A stretch of DNA of 59,355 bases from a virus (IMGVR_UViG_3300032247_001105:1-59355), one strand, 5' to 3'; positions 22,756 to 32,016 are shown, numbered from the stretch's first letter. A program made the numbers and translations. Notes: generated by a model from the letters alone, not told the origin.

Positions 22756-25398
22756 ATGAAGTTGGCAGATAGGACGATTGAAGTTCACAGTGCTGGTGTT
22801 AGAAGTGCATCGCAGTTTAATATTGCACAGACCAGCAAAATGTTTAAAATCCTTTCGGATTCTCTGTATTCTGATAAGGTGATGGCAGTTATTCGTGAAC
22901 TGTCCACAAACGCTAATGATAGTCATATTGCATCTGGCAATCCTAATCCTTTTAGGGTTAAGTTGCCTAGTGCTGGTGATCCTAATTTTAGCGTGAGAGA
23001 TTTTGGTACTGGTCTTAGTCAGACCGATATGGAGAATCTTTATACCACTTATGGTGCAAGCAATAAGAATGATAGTAATGATTTTGTGGGCTGTCTTGGT
23101 CTAGGGAGTAAGAGTCCGTTTGCTTATACCAAGAGTTTTACCACAACATCTTATTACAATGGTAAGCAGTATACTTATATTGCTGCTATGGATGATAGTG
23201 GTGTGCCAACTCTTAATTTACTCCACACTATTGATACTAATGAGCCTAATGGTCTGGAAATTAGTTTTGCTGTTAAGCAACACGATTTTCATGAGTTTAG
23301 TCAGAAGGCTATTCGTATTTTCCACTACTTTAAGAATAAGCCTATTATTTCTGGTGGAATTGGTACAGATTTCTCCAAGGAATATAGCAATCGTAATATT
23401 GTGATTGACGGTGATGGCTGGAGAGTTTGCAGAGTTAATAACAATCTGTTTCCTACACAATATCATCGTATTGATAGTGGTGTTGTTGCTATCATGGGTA
23501 ATATTGCTTATCCGGTAGTTACCTCTCATCTTATTGGTGAAGATAAGCAGGAAACTCCAGACCATATTGCCAAGTGGAATCGTGCTTTCAATAAGGCAGA
23601 TATTGCTTCATGGAAGGCTTTTGTTGGAGAAATCATTGGTCAGGGTCTTTATCTTGAACTTGACTTTGGTATTGGTGATTTGGAGATGGATGTTAGTCGT
23701 GAAGGATTGCAGTATACCAAAGCAGTAGTTAAAACTCTGCGTGATAAGACCCAGGATATTTTCCTCGAAATGAAGGAAATGTTCAGCAAGAAGATTGCTG
23801 CTGCTAAAACTAAGGTAGAAGCAATTGCCACATATTATACAATGAATGATCTTGCTGGTGGTTGGGGAGTGGGTGCAACATGGACAGACTCTAACAATAA
23901 GACCCACAATATCAATAGTGGTGAGGACTTGGAATATAAGATCAAGGCCGGAAAGAGTCTGTATGTTTTTAACTACAGAAGCACTGGTTATCGTTCTCGT
24001 CGTTTGGTTTATCAAACAGATAAGATTCATCATGAAACCTTAACTGGTAAGGGATATTCTTACTGGAATAGTCAGAAGAAGAATGGCAAGATGGCTTTCT
24101 TCCAGTGCGATATTAAGACAGAAGAAACAGCAAAGAAGATTGTTACTCGTTATTGTAACCAGAACGATTGCTTTGCTTATCTGATGATTGATACTAAGGA
24201 CTATACAAAAAGCGATGAGGGTTTTGATGATCTGATTAATGATGTTGGATCAGAAAATATCCTCATGGTTTCTGACTATAAGGATTTGATCAAGAACAAT
24301 AATCCACGCAAGAATACTAATAGAAGTAGTCAGGGTAGTGTTAGTAGTCAGGATGCTTTCCTAATCATTGGAAATCATAAGGATACTACTGCTCTTAGTA
24401 TTGGCTATAATGATGCCTCACACATGAGAGAGATGAGTGAATCTCGTCTTGATGATATGCTTGAGGAAGATTCTATTGTTTATGTGCCAATCCTTAGATA
24501 TAAGACCGTGCAAAATCAAGATATTCCAGAAGTGAGCGAAATCTTTAAGAATTTTACTACTGATAATGCAAAGCAACTTATTGGTAATACAAATATTTAT
24601 GCAATTAAGCATAATTTTGTGGAAAAATTGACCAATGAAGGCTATAATCTTGTACCGTTTAATGATTTCATGGTGGATCGTCTAAAGAAAATTAAGATCA
24701 AGAAATTCGATACTGTATCACAATTTAATGGTCTTGTTGAATATTGTCGTAAAGAATATTCTAAAGACGAGAAGCGTGATCAGTATAGGTACTATAATCA
24801 TGGTTTTGTGGATCGTCAGATTCTTTTCCATATTCTAAATATCTTTGGTCTTGATTATGGTAGTCAGATTAATAATGCTACACTAATTAAGGCTATTGAC
24901 CACTGCATGATTATGGAGTTCTTTAGTGATACTGTGCATAGATCAACTTTTGATATTGAACGATTTAAGGCTAATGATTATTTTGGTCACATGAGTAAAC
25001 TGCTAAATGATATTGGCATCAATGGTGTTAATAGTCAGTTGGTCAGAGAGACTAATGTGATGTATAATGGTTTGGTTCAAATGTTGACCAATTTGTATGG
25101 TTATGATAATAAGTATACCAAACATATTAAAACAGAGACTACTGGTAGTGTTAGTCTACCTTCAATTGAGAATCTTAGAAAAACTCTTAAAGAAGCAGTT
25201 GACAGCAACCCGATGTTGAAGTATATTGTTGGTAGCACCCAAGTAACAGGCAATCTGAGAGAACTAAAGAAGGATACTAATCCTCTTTTGCAGATTGATG
25301 ATCGTCATGGTTATTATGGTGGCAAGAGTGGCGATTGGTATTATCAGTTGAATGATGTGGAGTCATTCAAGAAGCAATTGAGTAGTTTGATTAAGTAA
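22756..25398 (+). CDS. rIIA: RIIA-like protein (GHKL ATPase N-terminus)
   Basis: ILSDSLYSDKVMAVIRELSTNA, VRDFGTG, GCLGLGSKSPFAY and DVSREGLQY; paired with rIIB. Confidence 0.9.
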   Translation: MKLADRTIEVHSAGVRSASQFNIAQTSKMFKILSDSLYSDKVMAVIRELSTNANDSHIASGNPNPFRVKLPSAGDPNFSVRDFGTGLSQTDMENLYTTYGASNKNDSNDFVGCLGLGSKSPFAYTKSFTTTSYYNGKQYTYIAAMDDSGVPTLNLLHTIDTNEPNGLEISFAVKQHDFHEFSQKAIRIFHYFKNKPIISGGIGTDFSKEYSNRNIVIDGDGWRVCRVNNNLFPTQYHRIDSGVVAIMGNIAYPVVTSHLIGEDKQETPDHIAKWNRAFNKADIASWKAFVGEIIGQGLYLELDFGIGDLEMDVSREGLQYTKAVVKTLRDKTQDIFLEMKEMFSKKIAAAKTKVEAIATYYTMNDLAGGWGVGATWTDSNNKTHNINSGEDLEYKIKAGKSLYVFNYRSTGYRSRRLVYQTDKIHHETLTGKGYSYWNSQKKNGKMAFFQCDIKTEETAKKIVTRYCNQNDCFAYLMIDTKDYTKSDEGFDDLINDVGSENILMVSDYKDLIKNNNPRKNTNRSSQGSVSSQDAFLIIGNHKDTTALSIGYNDASHMREMSESRLDDMLEEDSIVYVPILRYKTVQNQDIPEVSEIFKNFTTDNAKQLIGNTNIYAIKHNFVEKLTNEGYNLVPFNDFMVDRLKKIKIKKFDTVSQFNGLVEYCRKEYSKDEKRDQYRYYNHGFVDRQILFHILNIFGLDYGSQINNATLIKAIDHCMIMEFFSDTVHRSTFDIERFKANDYFGHMSKLLNDIGINGVNSQLVRETNVMYNGLVQMLTNLYGYDNKYTKHIKTETTGSVSLPSIENLRKTLKEAVDSNPMLKYIVGSTQVTGNLRELKKDTNPLLQIDDRHGYYGGKSGDWYYQLNDVESFKKQLSSLIK

Positions 25399-25424
25399 TT
25401 TAATTTTTCACAGGAGATTAAACA

Positions 25425-26303
25425 ATGAGCGTTCCGTTTATGTGGGTTGATGGTAATCTGACACTGGTTCTTAATAATAGAACCTATCAGGTTTTGCCGG
25501 ATCATATTAATTACAAGATGATTCTAGAAGCGTTGCCAACAGCAACAGCAGATGAACTCTTGGAGATTGTGGATATTGAAAAGGCTGTCTCTACTTTTAG
25601 TGATGGTCTTGTGGAGATCAAGAATGGTAAGGTTTTGTATGAGAGTGAGGAAGTTCATGGTAGTATCAGTAAGCGTATTCTTGAGTTTATGAGCAAAGGT
25701 CTGCCTTTCTATCCTCTTGTTAACTTTCTTCATAATCTTATGGAGAATCCTAGTATGCAAAGTCAAAAAGAACTTTATGATTTCCTTGAGCATGAGCATC
25801 TGCCTATCACTGAGGATGGTTACTTCCTTGCTTATAAGGCAGTCAGGAGTGATTTTAAGGATAAGTATCGTGGAGTATTTGATAACAGTGTTGGTAATGT
25901 TTGTAAGATGACCAGAGCAAAGGTTGATGATAATCGTAGTCGTGGTTGTTCTGATGGACTTCACGCTGGTGCATTAAATTATGTTGCTAGTTATGGTAGT
26001 CTTGAGGCTGGCGATAAGATTGTTATTGTTAAGATTAATCCAAAGGATGTTGTGAGTGTACCGACTGATTGTAATTGTGAGAAACTTCGCACATGCGAAT
26101 ATCTTGTGGTTGGTGAATATCAAGGCGAACTTCTAAAGCCTCTCTATTCTGCCAATTTTGCTGAGGATGATTATACGGATGAGGATGAAGATTATTCCAA
26201 CGATTATGATTGGAACTGGAATGATGATGAGGAAGATGTAGATGCTGCTTATTATGAAGACAATGAGGACGAGGATACTGACGGTTACGGTTTCTATAGT
26301 TGA
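25425..26303 (+). CDS. rIIB: RIIB-like protein
   Basis: ITEDGYFLAYKAV, CSDGLHAG, VKINPKDVVSVP and KLRTCEY; long acidic tail. Confidence 0.9.
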   Translation: MSVPFMWVDGNLTLVLNNRTYQVLPDHINYKMILEALPTATADELLEIVDIEKAVSTFSDGLVEIKNGKVLYESEEVHGSISKRILEFMSKGLPFYPLVNFLHNLMENPSMQSQKELYDFLEHEHLPITEDGYFLAYKAVRSDFKDKYRGVFDNSVGNVCKMTRAKVDDNRSRGCSDGLHAGALNYVASYGSLEAGDKIVIVKINPKDVVSVPTDCNCEKLRTCEYLVVGEYQGELLKPLYSANFAEDDYTDEDEDYSNDYDWNWNDDEEDVDAAYYEDNEDEDTDGYGFYS

Positions 26304-26308
26304 TCTTT

Positions 26309-26397
26309 AAGTATGGTAGTCTGGTGACTAAGATCATAGCCTCTGGTATCTTTAGATTCACACGCTATGTGAGAGGGTTCGATTCCCTCGCCATCTT
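26309..26397 (+). ncRNA. tRNA-like RNA with non-canonical anticodon arm
   Basis: T-arm GAGGG-TTCGATT-CCCTC, 3' GCCATCTT pairing with 5' AAG(T)ATGGT, D-like AGTC-TGGT-GACT, central CATAGC/GCTATG stem enclosing 23 nt. Confidence 0.6.
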
Positions 26398-26402
26398 TTA
26401 TT

Positions 26403-26783
26403 ATGAATAAATTTCCAAACGATTCCGATGAGCCAGAAGATATTGAAGGAGAGCATATTAAAAAGCACTACTTCAAGATTGATGTGGGTAATCTAAATAA
26501 CTTTTGGGGATTTAGCGAATGGATCAAAGATGTAATTAGTCAAATAGACAATCTTCCTGTTAGTGTTTCGTTTCCTGTGAATGATTTGATCCCCAATACA
26601 GCGGGTGGCTTAAACTCCCCCCTGTATTTGGGGAATAATCATTTTAATGAGGGTGTATGGAAAATGAAATACTTTGTTTACAACCCTATTCAAATACAAT
26701 ATGTGAAGCATTTAGAAAGTAATGCTGTTCACTTTATTAGTCAACCAAACTACTATAGAGGATTATATGATATTCTCAACTAG
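26403..26783 (+). CDS. hypothetical protein
   Basis: ORF track. Confidence 0.65.
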   Translation: MNKFPNDSDEPEDIEGEHIKKHYFKIDVGNLNNFWGFSEWIKDVISQIDNLPVSVSFPVNDLIPNTAGGLNSPLYLGNNHFNEGVWKMKYFVYNPIQIQYVKHLESNAVHFISQPNYYRGLYDILN

Positions 26784-26792
26784 GAAATTAAA

Positions 26793-27224
26793 ATGAGTGC
26801 TTGGTATCAAATCAAAGATTTAGAAGGTTTTATTAATCATGCACGACAATTAGTGTTCCAATCATTTGGATCTATTAACGAGGATGCCAATGATGATTTA
26901 ACATACACACTATCTATAGTAGCACCAAAAGATCAAGAAGAATTAGATAGAATATTGACCTATGATGAATGTTTTACTATGGCTAAAAACCATATAAAAA
27001 TTAAAACAAATAAAAAAAATAAAACAGAAAATTATTACGTTAATGATGTGATACTAAGTGCAATATTAGAATCTTTTAATGGTAGAATGGTCAGCAATAT
27101 ATTATCTAAATTGGTTAATGATGGACTATTAGACAGTGCGTTTGATAGTGAAAAAAATGATTTTATATTTTGGGTAAAAGATAATGAAGAACAAAACGAT
27201 ACACAAAAGCCAGAAACCGATTGA
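26793..27224 (+). CDS. hypothetical protein
   Basis: AGGA RBS. Confidence 0.75.
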   Translation: MSAWYQIKDLEGFINHARQLVFQSFGSINEDANDDLTYTLSIVAPKDQEELDRILTYDECFTMAKNHIKIKTNKKNKTENYYVNDVILSAILESFNGRMVSNILSKLVNDGLLDSAFDSEKNDFIFWVKDNEEQNDTQKPETD

Positions 27225-27645
27225 TTACGAAGCACACTTTAAATATGAGTGTCCAGAAAAGCGTTGTGGATTTACTCATTGGATAAGTGCAAGACAAGCC
27301 CAAACAAAAGGCTATAAAATAGTCTGTGATTGTGGAACAGTATTCAGACCTAAAAGAATACGAAATATTAAAATACAATATGCCACAACGGCAAGAAAAG
27401 AACATAAGCCCACAACTGCAAAACAGACAGAACAAAAAATAGTACAAGAAATTAACATTGACTTTTTAAGCCAGTGTGTTAAAGTATTGGTTAACTATGG
27501 TTTTACCGATACTGAAGCCAGAGAATATATAATCTCTGCTTATCGTATAAATCCAATTAATAATGTTATTGGCCTAATTAAATTTACTTTGGAACAAATT
27601 GGAGAAAATAATAATGGCAAACGGAATTCGACCAACCAAGTTTAG
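27184..27645 (+). CDS. Zn-ribbon protein with RuvA domain III-like C-terminus
   Basis: CPEKRCG...CDCG, then CVKVLVNYGFTDTEAREYI...NVIGLIKFTL, which resembles RuvA C-terminal AxxALxxLGYxxxEA...LIKxAL; overlaps ruvB. Confidence 0.65.
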   Translation: MKNKTIHKSQKPIDYEAHFKYECPEKRCGFTHWISARQAQTKGYKIVCDCGTVFRPKRIRNIKIQYATTARKEHKPTTAKQTEQKIVQEINIDFLSQCVKVLVNYGFTDTEAREYIISAYRINPINNVIGLIKFTLEQIGENNNGKRNSTNQV

Positions 27646-28507
27646 TGAGATCATTGGTCAGACCGATGTTTTGAATCGTCTGAGCGTCTGTGTGACGGGT
27701 TGTAAAAGTTCTGGCGGTGTGATGCCTCATGTTTTAATAGACGGGCCTCCTGGCCTCGGTAAAACGACTATAGCGAGTGCTATAGCGTCTGAGATGGGTA
27801 CAAACCTGTATACCACCAATGCTGCTAATCTCAGAAGCATTAAAAATATTCTTCCTTATCTTATGGGAATGGATCAAGGATCAATATTATTTATTGATGA
27901 AATCCACAGACTACCAAAGATTGTGGAAGAATTTCTATATCCAGTTATGGAAGACTTTAAACTACACATAGTTGTAGAAGGAGTTGTTGAAGATATTGAT
28001 ATTCCAGTATTTACTATGGTTGGTGCAACAACTAATGGTGGAAGATTAAGTCAACCATTCTATGATCGTTTTGCAATTAAAGAGCATCTGTCTTTTTATA
28101 CCGATGATGAGTTAGCCAAACTAGCAGGATTGAATTGTGAGAAACTGGGAATAGTCATAGACGAATCAGACCTTTTAGAAATTGCACAGAGAAGCAAAGG
28201 AACTCCTAGAATTTTAAACGCTAGATTACAATGGTATAAAAATTATAAGGCGTGCAACCCTAATGCTAAATCTGTTGATGATATTTTTAGTGTGCAAGGT
28301 ATTGATAAACATGGTTTAGATGTGTATGATAGAATGTATTTGCAATTATTAGTCAGGTCTAAAGGCAGTCCCCTTGGATTAAAGAGCATTTCTTCAATGA
28401 CTGGAATTGCCACGGAAACTATAGAGAATAGCATTGAGCCATTCCTAGTCAGGAAAGGATTTGTGGTAAGAACCCAAAAGGGTAGAGTAATCGGAGATTA
28501 CAAATGA
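27614..28507 (+). CDS. ruvB: Holliday junction branch-migration ATPase RuvB
   Basis: IRPTKFSEIIGQ, GPPGLGKTT, LFIDEIHRL, VEEFLYPVMEDF, GATT, GTPR and IEPFL...RTQKGR. Confidence 0.95.
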   Translation: MANGIRPTKFSEIIGQTDVLNRLSVCVTGCKSSGGVMPHVLIDGPPGLGKTTIASAIASEMGTNLYTTNAANLRSIKNILPYLMGMDQGSILFIDEIHRLPKIVEEFLYPVMEDFKLHIVVEGVVEDIDIPVFTMVGATTNGGRLSQPFYDRFAIKEHLSFYTDDELAKLAGLNCEKLGIVIDESDLLEIAQRSKGTPRILNARLQWYKNYKACNPNAKSVDDIFSVQGIDKHGLDVYDRMYLQLLVRSKGSPLGLKSISSMTGIATETIENSIEPFLVRKGFVVRTQKGRVIGDYK

Positions 28508-28875
28508 AAAAAATATTACTATTCTCTATTTTAGTTTTACAGTCTATTTGTTATGGAACCAATGATGACTATGTAATTACTACAAACTTGGTTGATGCTA
28601 TAGCATTATCTGAACAATCCAATCAAAAACTATTAGTTATCTTTACTGCTAATTGGTGCGAATATTGTAATGAAATGAAAAATGATCTACAAAACTGTCA
28701 AGAATTACAGGGTATGATAGTTTGCTTCGTTAATATTGATAAATATCCAGAGTTAAAACAAGAATATAGAGTCAGATCAATCCCAGACTACTTCATATTA
28801 AAAAATAAAATGGAAATTAAACGCCAAAAGGGTTATCGTGATAAAAAAGAATTTATTAAATGGTTAAATAAATAA
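28504..28875 (+). CDS. exported thioredoxin-like protein
   Basis: Signal peptide; FTANWCEYC; cis-Pro motif SIP. Confidence 0.85.
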   Translation: MKKILLFSILVLQSICYGTNDDYVITTNLVDAIALSEQSNQKLLVIFTANWCEYCNEMKNDLQNCQELQGMIVCFVNIDKYPELKQEYRVRSIPDYFILKNKMEIKRQKGYRDKKEFIKWLNK

Positions 28876-29183
28876 TGTTTTCATTCATAAAACAAGTTCG
28901 TTTTGCAACAAGATCGCCAAAATGGACAAGTGTAAGAAAACAACACTTAAAAGATAATCCTGCTTGTGCTGCTTGTGGTAGAGATAAGAAATTAGAAGTT
29001 CATCATAAAATTCCTGTTCATATAAATCCTGAAGGGGAATTAGATCCATCGAATTTAGTAACATTATGTGCTGATCCTTGTCATATAATTTTTGGCCATT
29101 TAATGAATTTTAAAAGTTATAATAAAGATGTTATTGATGATTGTGCGGTGTATTTGAATAAGGTCAAAAATAAACCCCTCTAA
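28875..29183 (+). CDS. HNH endonuclease
   Basis: CAACG...LEVHHKIP...NLVTLC...CH. Confidence 0.85.
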   Translation: MFSFIKQVRFATRSPKWTSVRKQHLKDNPACAACGRDKKLEVHHKIPVHINPEGELDPSNLVTLCADPCHIIFGHLMNFKSYNKDVIDDCAVYLNKVKNKPL

Positions 29184-29197
29184 TATTGAGGTGAGCC

Positions 29198-29926
29198 TTG
29201 GTCAAATATCTCATTATTTTTATAATATTAATAGGATCAACTTTAGCAGGAACGGTTGACCCAGGAACTCCAGATAGTAAATATTTAGAATATGCTAAAC
29301 AGTTTACTTTTGTAGGAAAGGTTGGTGGTAAAAATGAAAAGGGAATGTCTTACTTTGCTTCAGGGGTTGCCATAGATTCACATCATATTTTAACGGCTGC
29401 TCACGTTGTCAAGGACTGTGGTAGTTGTTTTTTTTATATCAATAACAAAGAGTATTGTGTTTATAAGGTGGTTTATAGTAAAAAACATGATACTAGTTTT
29501 GGCACTGGAGATATTGCTATTGGTTTTATTCAAGAAGATTTAAATCTAGATCTTTATCCACAATTATATACTGAATCAGATGAAATTGAAAAATTATGTG
29601 ATATATCTGGTTTTGGAATGACAGGCACATTTTTAAGTGGTCCAAATATTGGTGATACTAAACAAAGAGCAGGATCTAATAGGATTGATTATATAGAAAA
29701 CGAATTATTAGTTTGTTCACCCAGCAAAGGCAAAGATAAAACTAATCTAGAATTCTTAATAGCAAGTGGAGACAGTGGTGGTGGTTTATTTATTGATGGT
29801 AAATTAGCGGGTATAAACTCATGCGTTTTTGTTAGTAGGGGTTCTCCAAACTCTAAATATGGTACAGAAAGTGGTCACACCAGAGTTAGTAGTTACATCG
29901 ATTGGATAAAAGAGAATATAAAGTAA
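29198..29926 (+). CDS. secreted trypsin-like (S1) serine protease
   Basis: Signal peptide; triad motifs LTAAHV, GDIAI and GDSGGG. Confidence 0.9.
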   Translation: MVKYLIIFIILIGSTLAGTVDPGTPDSKYLEYAKQFTFVGKVGGKNEKGMSYFASGVAIDSHHILTAAHVVKDCGSCFFYINNKEYCVYKVVYSKKHDTSFGTGDIAIGFIQEDLNLDLYPQLYTESDEIEKLCDISGFGMTGTFLSGPNIGDTKQRAGSNRIDYIENELLVCSPSKGKDKTNLEFLIASGDSGGGLFIDGKLAGINSCVFVSRGSPNSKYGTESGHTRVSSYIDWIKENIK

Positions 29927-29977
29927 AGTATTACCACCCCTCTGCATAACTATATGATATATTTAACTACAAGGCAA
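29926..29977 (-). promoter_or_regulatory. minus-strand sigma70 promoter plus conserved leader (copy 2)
   Basis: Minus strand: TTGCCT-N17-TATAGT then TATGCAGAGGGGTGGTAATACTT. Confidence 0.55.
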
Positions 29978-30001
29978 GTGAAAAAATTTTTAAGAATTGA
30001 C

Positions 30002-30029
30002 TTGACTGTTTCAGAAAATGGGTTATATT
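30002..30029 (+). promoter_or_regulatory. sigma70-type promoter
   Basis: TTGACT-N16-TATATT with an upstream A/T tract; back-to-back with the minus-strand promoter. Confidence 0.55.
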
Positions 30030-30062
30030 TAAACTAAACCAGGAGATTACAATTGATCTAAC

Positions 30063-30242
30063 ATGACAGACGATTACAGAAAAGATTTAAGACGGCAAAA
30101 TATTCAGGGTAAAAATTTTAAGAAACATCAAGTTTCAGAAGAACAAAGATTTTTATCTAAGTCAAAAAGTCAACTCAAAAAGAAAAAACAAGACCTATAT
30201 GAAGAAGAACTTTGGGAAGATTGGGAACAGGATTACAAATGA
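30063..30242 (+). CDS. hypothetical protein (59 aa)
   Basis: Read manually (MTDDYRKDLRRQ...EELWEDWEQDYK); coupled to the next gene. Confidence 0.6.
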   Translation: MTDDYRKDLRRQNIQGKNFKKHQVSEEQRFLSKSKSQLKKKKQDLYEEELWEDWEQDYK

Positions 30243-30475
30243 AATATATTGAAGAAATCCAGAATGGAGATTGTTTTGAGTATCAAGGCAACAAGTTTTT
30301 ATTAACATCAGATTTTCGTAAAAATGGAAATAGGTTAGCATATAACTTAACTAATGGATTAGCCAAATGGTTTAATGCTCAAGATATTATTCATATTTGT
30401 CAAATTTATACTCTAGATTCCAATAATAATATTGAACCAGTAAAAGAAACACCTAAGTCAGATGTGGCGATATAA
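30239..30475 (+). CDS. hypothetical protein
   Basis: ATGA-coupled start at 30239. Confidence 0.65.
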   Translation: MKYIEEIQNGDCFEYQGNKFLLTSDFRKNGNRLAYNLTNGLAKWFNAQDIIHICQIYTLDSNNNIEPVKETPKSDVAI

Positions 30476-30698
30476 GATACAAACATTTTTGAAGTCCCTT
30501 TTCTGGCATATCTATTCTGGAAGTCCCAAGTCTAGTCAGGCAGAAATTGAGACCCGGTATAATATCTGTACGGTCTGTAGTAGTTATGATTCATTGAATA
30601 AGCAGTGCTTACAGTGTGGATGCAATATTAGTAATAAAAAAATATTTCTTAATAAATTAGCATGGGCTGATCAATCTTGTCCATTAAAGAAATGGTGA
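30462..30698 (+). CDS. small Cys-rich Zn-binding protein
   Basis: RYNICTVC...CLQCGC...K...SCPLKKW. Confidence 0.7.
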   Translation: MWRYKIQTFLKSLFWHIYSGSPKSSQAEIETRYNICTVCSSYDSLNKQCLQCGCNISNKKIFLNKLAWADQSCPLKKW

Positions 30699-30703
30699 AT
30701 ATA

Positions 30704-31237
30704 ATGAAAATTACACATAAAATACCTTCGACTAAGATTCCAATAATTCATGGTGATTTATTTGATTTTATTTCGAATCATATTCATGGTGGAAATAATG
30801 GATGCAGTGTTATAGTGCCTCATGTGTGTAATAATATTAATTTATTTGGTGCTGGATTTGCATCAGCAGTAGCAGATAGATTTCCAATAGTCAAAGAGAA
30901 TTACCATCTTTTAGGATCTAAGATTCTAGGACATACTCAATTTGTGGAAGTATTTAAAGATAAAACTTTCGGTCATTCTTTAATTTTTGCCAATATGATA
31001 TCTCAAAACGGTACTATATCATCCAAAAATCCACGACCATTAAACTATGCCAGTCTTTGTCAATCTATGATTCTTGTGTCTAAATTTATTCGTGAAAAAT
31101 TTGATAAAGATCAAACAGTACAAATTCATGCTCCAAAATTTGGGTGTGGTCTTGCTGGAGGTAATTGGAGTTTTGTTTCAGAGTTAATTCGTGATATTTG
31201 GTCTAATATTCCAGTTTTTATATACGAGAAAAAATAA
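30704..31237 (+). CDS. macrodomain protein (Poa1p/TARG1-like)
   Basis: HGDLF, HVCNN...GAGFA and IHAPKFGCGLAGGNW. Confidence 0.85.
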   Translation: MKITHKIPSTKIPIIHGDLFDFISNHIHGGNNGCSVIVPHVCNNINLFGAGFASAVADRFPIVKENYHLLGSKILGHTQFVEVFKDKTFGHSLIFANMISQNGTISSKNPRPLNYASLCQSMILVSKFIREKFDKDQTVQIHAPKFGCGLAGGNWSFVSELIRDIWSNIPVFIYEKK

Positions 31238-32016
31238 TGTCTATTAGTTTTAATTTATTGGGACAATACGGAAGATTAGGCAATCAAATATTCCAGTTTG
31301 CTGCCACCAAAGGAATTGCTGCCAAGCATAAGTATGAATTTAAAATACCACGAGAAAATCATCAACTATTAGAGTGTTTTACATTACAATCATTAGACGA
31401 ATCTAATTTTGGCTTTAATCAAGTCTCTCAAAGAGTCAATGAAAGATTTTTTAATTGGGACGAATTATTATTTAATGAATGTCCAGACAATATAGACTTA
31501 TTAGGTTATTTTCAGTCAGAGAAATACTTCTCACACATATCTAACGAACTAAGATTAGATCTTACATTTAAAGCCGATATATTAGAGACAGCTTTTAAAT
31601 TTTTAGAAAACATTACTCAAAAACCAGTCATATCTTTACATATTAGAAGAACTGATTATGTTAATCATCCTAGACATGGCGGATGTTGCACTAATGAATA
31701 TTATGAAAATGCTTTGAGTTTGTTTGATAATACTATTCCAGTAGTCATAGTTAGTGATGATCCATCATGGATTAAAACTCAAAACCTATTTAGATCAGAC
31801 AGATTTATAGTATCTCATAATAATCCATTCGTAGACCTGTGCATTATGAGCTTATGTGATTATCATATAATTGCTAATTCTTCATTTTCTTGGTGGGGTT
31901 CATGGTTATCATGTAGCGAAAAAACTATAGCCCCTCAAAAATGGTTTACTTCGGATGCTGGTATTAATAATTGGAATGATATTTATTGTTACAATAGAAA
32001 CTGGATAATAATATGA
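31237..32016 (+). CDS. alpha-1,2-fucosyltransferase family (GT11)
   Basis: GRLGNQIFQ, GYFQSEKYF, LHIRRTDY and IANSSFSWWG. Confidence 0.92.
   Translation: MSISFNLLGQYGRLGNQIFQFAATKGIAAKHKYEFKIPRENHQLLECFTLQSLDESNFGFNQVSQRVNERFFNWDELLFNECPDNIDLLGYFQSEKYFSHISNELRLDLTFKADILETAFKFLENITQKPVISLHIRRTDYVNHPRHGGCCTNEYYENALSLFDNTIPVVIVSDDPSWIKTQNLFRSDRFIVSHNNPFVDLCIMSLCDYHIIANSSFSWWGSWLSCSEKTIAPQKWFTSDAGINNWNDIYCYNRNWIII

Noticed and set aside
5044-26361. Long minus-strand ORFs (e.g. 5044-5598, 15060-15545, 17780-18286, 19198-19659, 23608-24033, 25524-25964)
   Set aside because: Each lies opposite a well-supported plus-strand gene and has no recognisable motif.
29926-29949. Resemblance of GCAG...GGTAATAC in the minus-strand leader to the 16S rRNA 530 region
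   Set aside because: Only 8 contiguous bases match and the second copy differs; compatible with chance.
3619-31581. GCCGAT hexamers inside genes (about 3630, 6395, 31574)
   Set aside because: They lack a TAAAG/TCAAG box at 15-16 nt and a sigma70 partner, so they were not counted as promoters.
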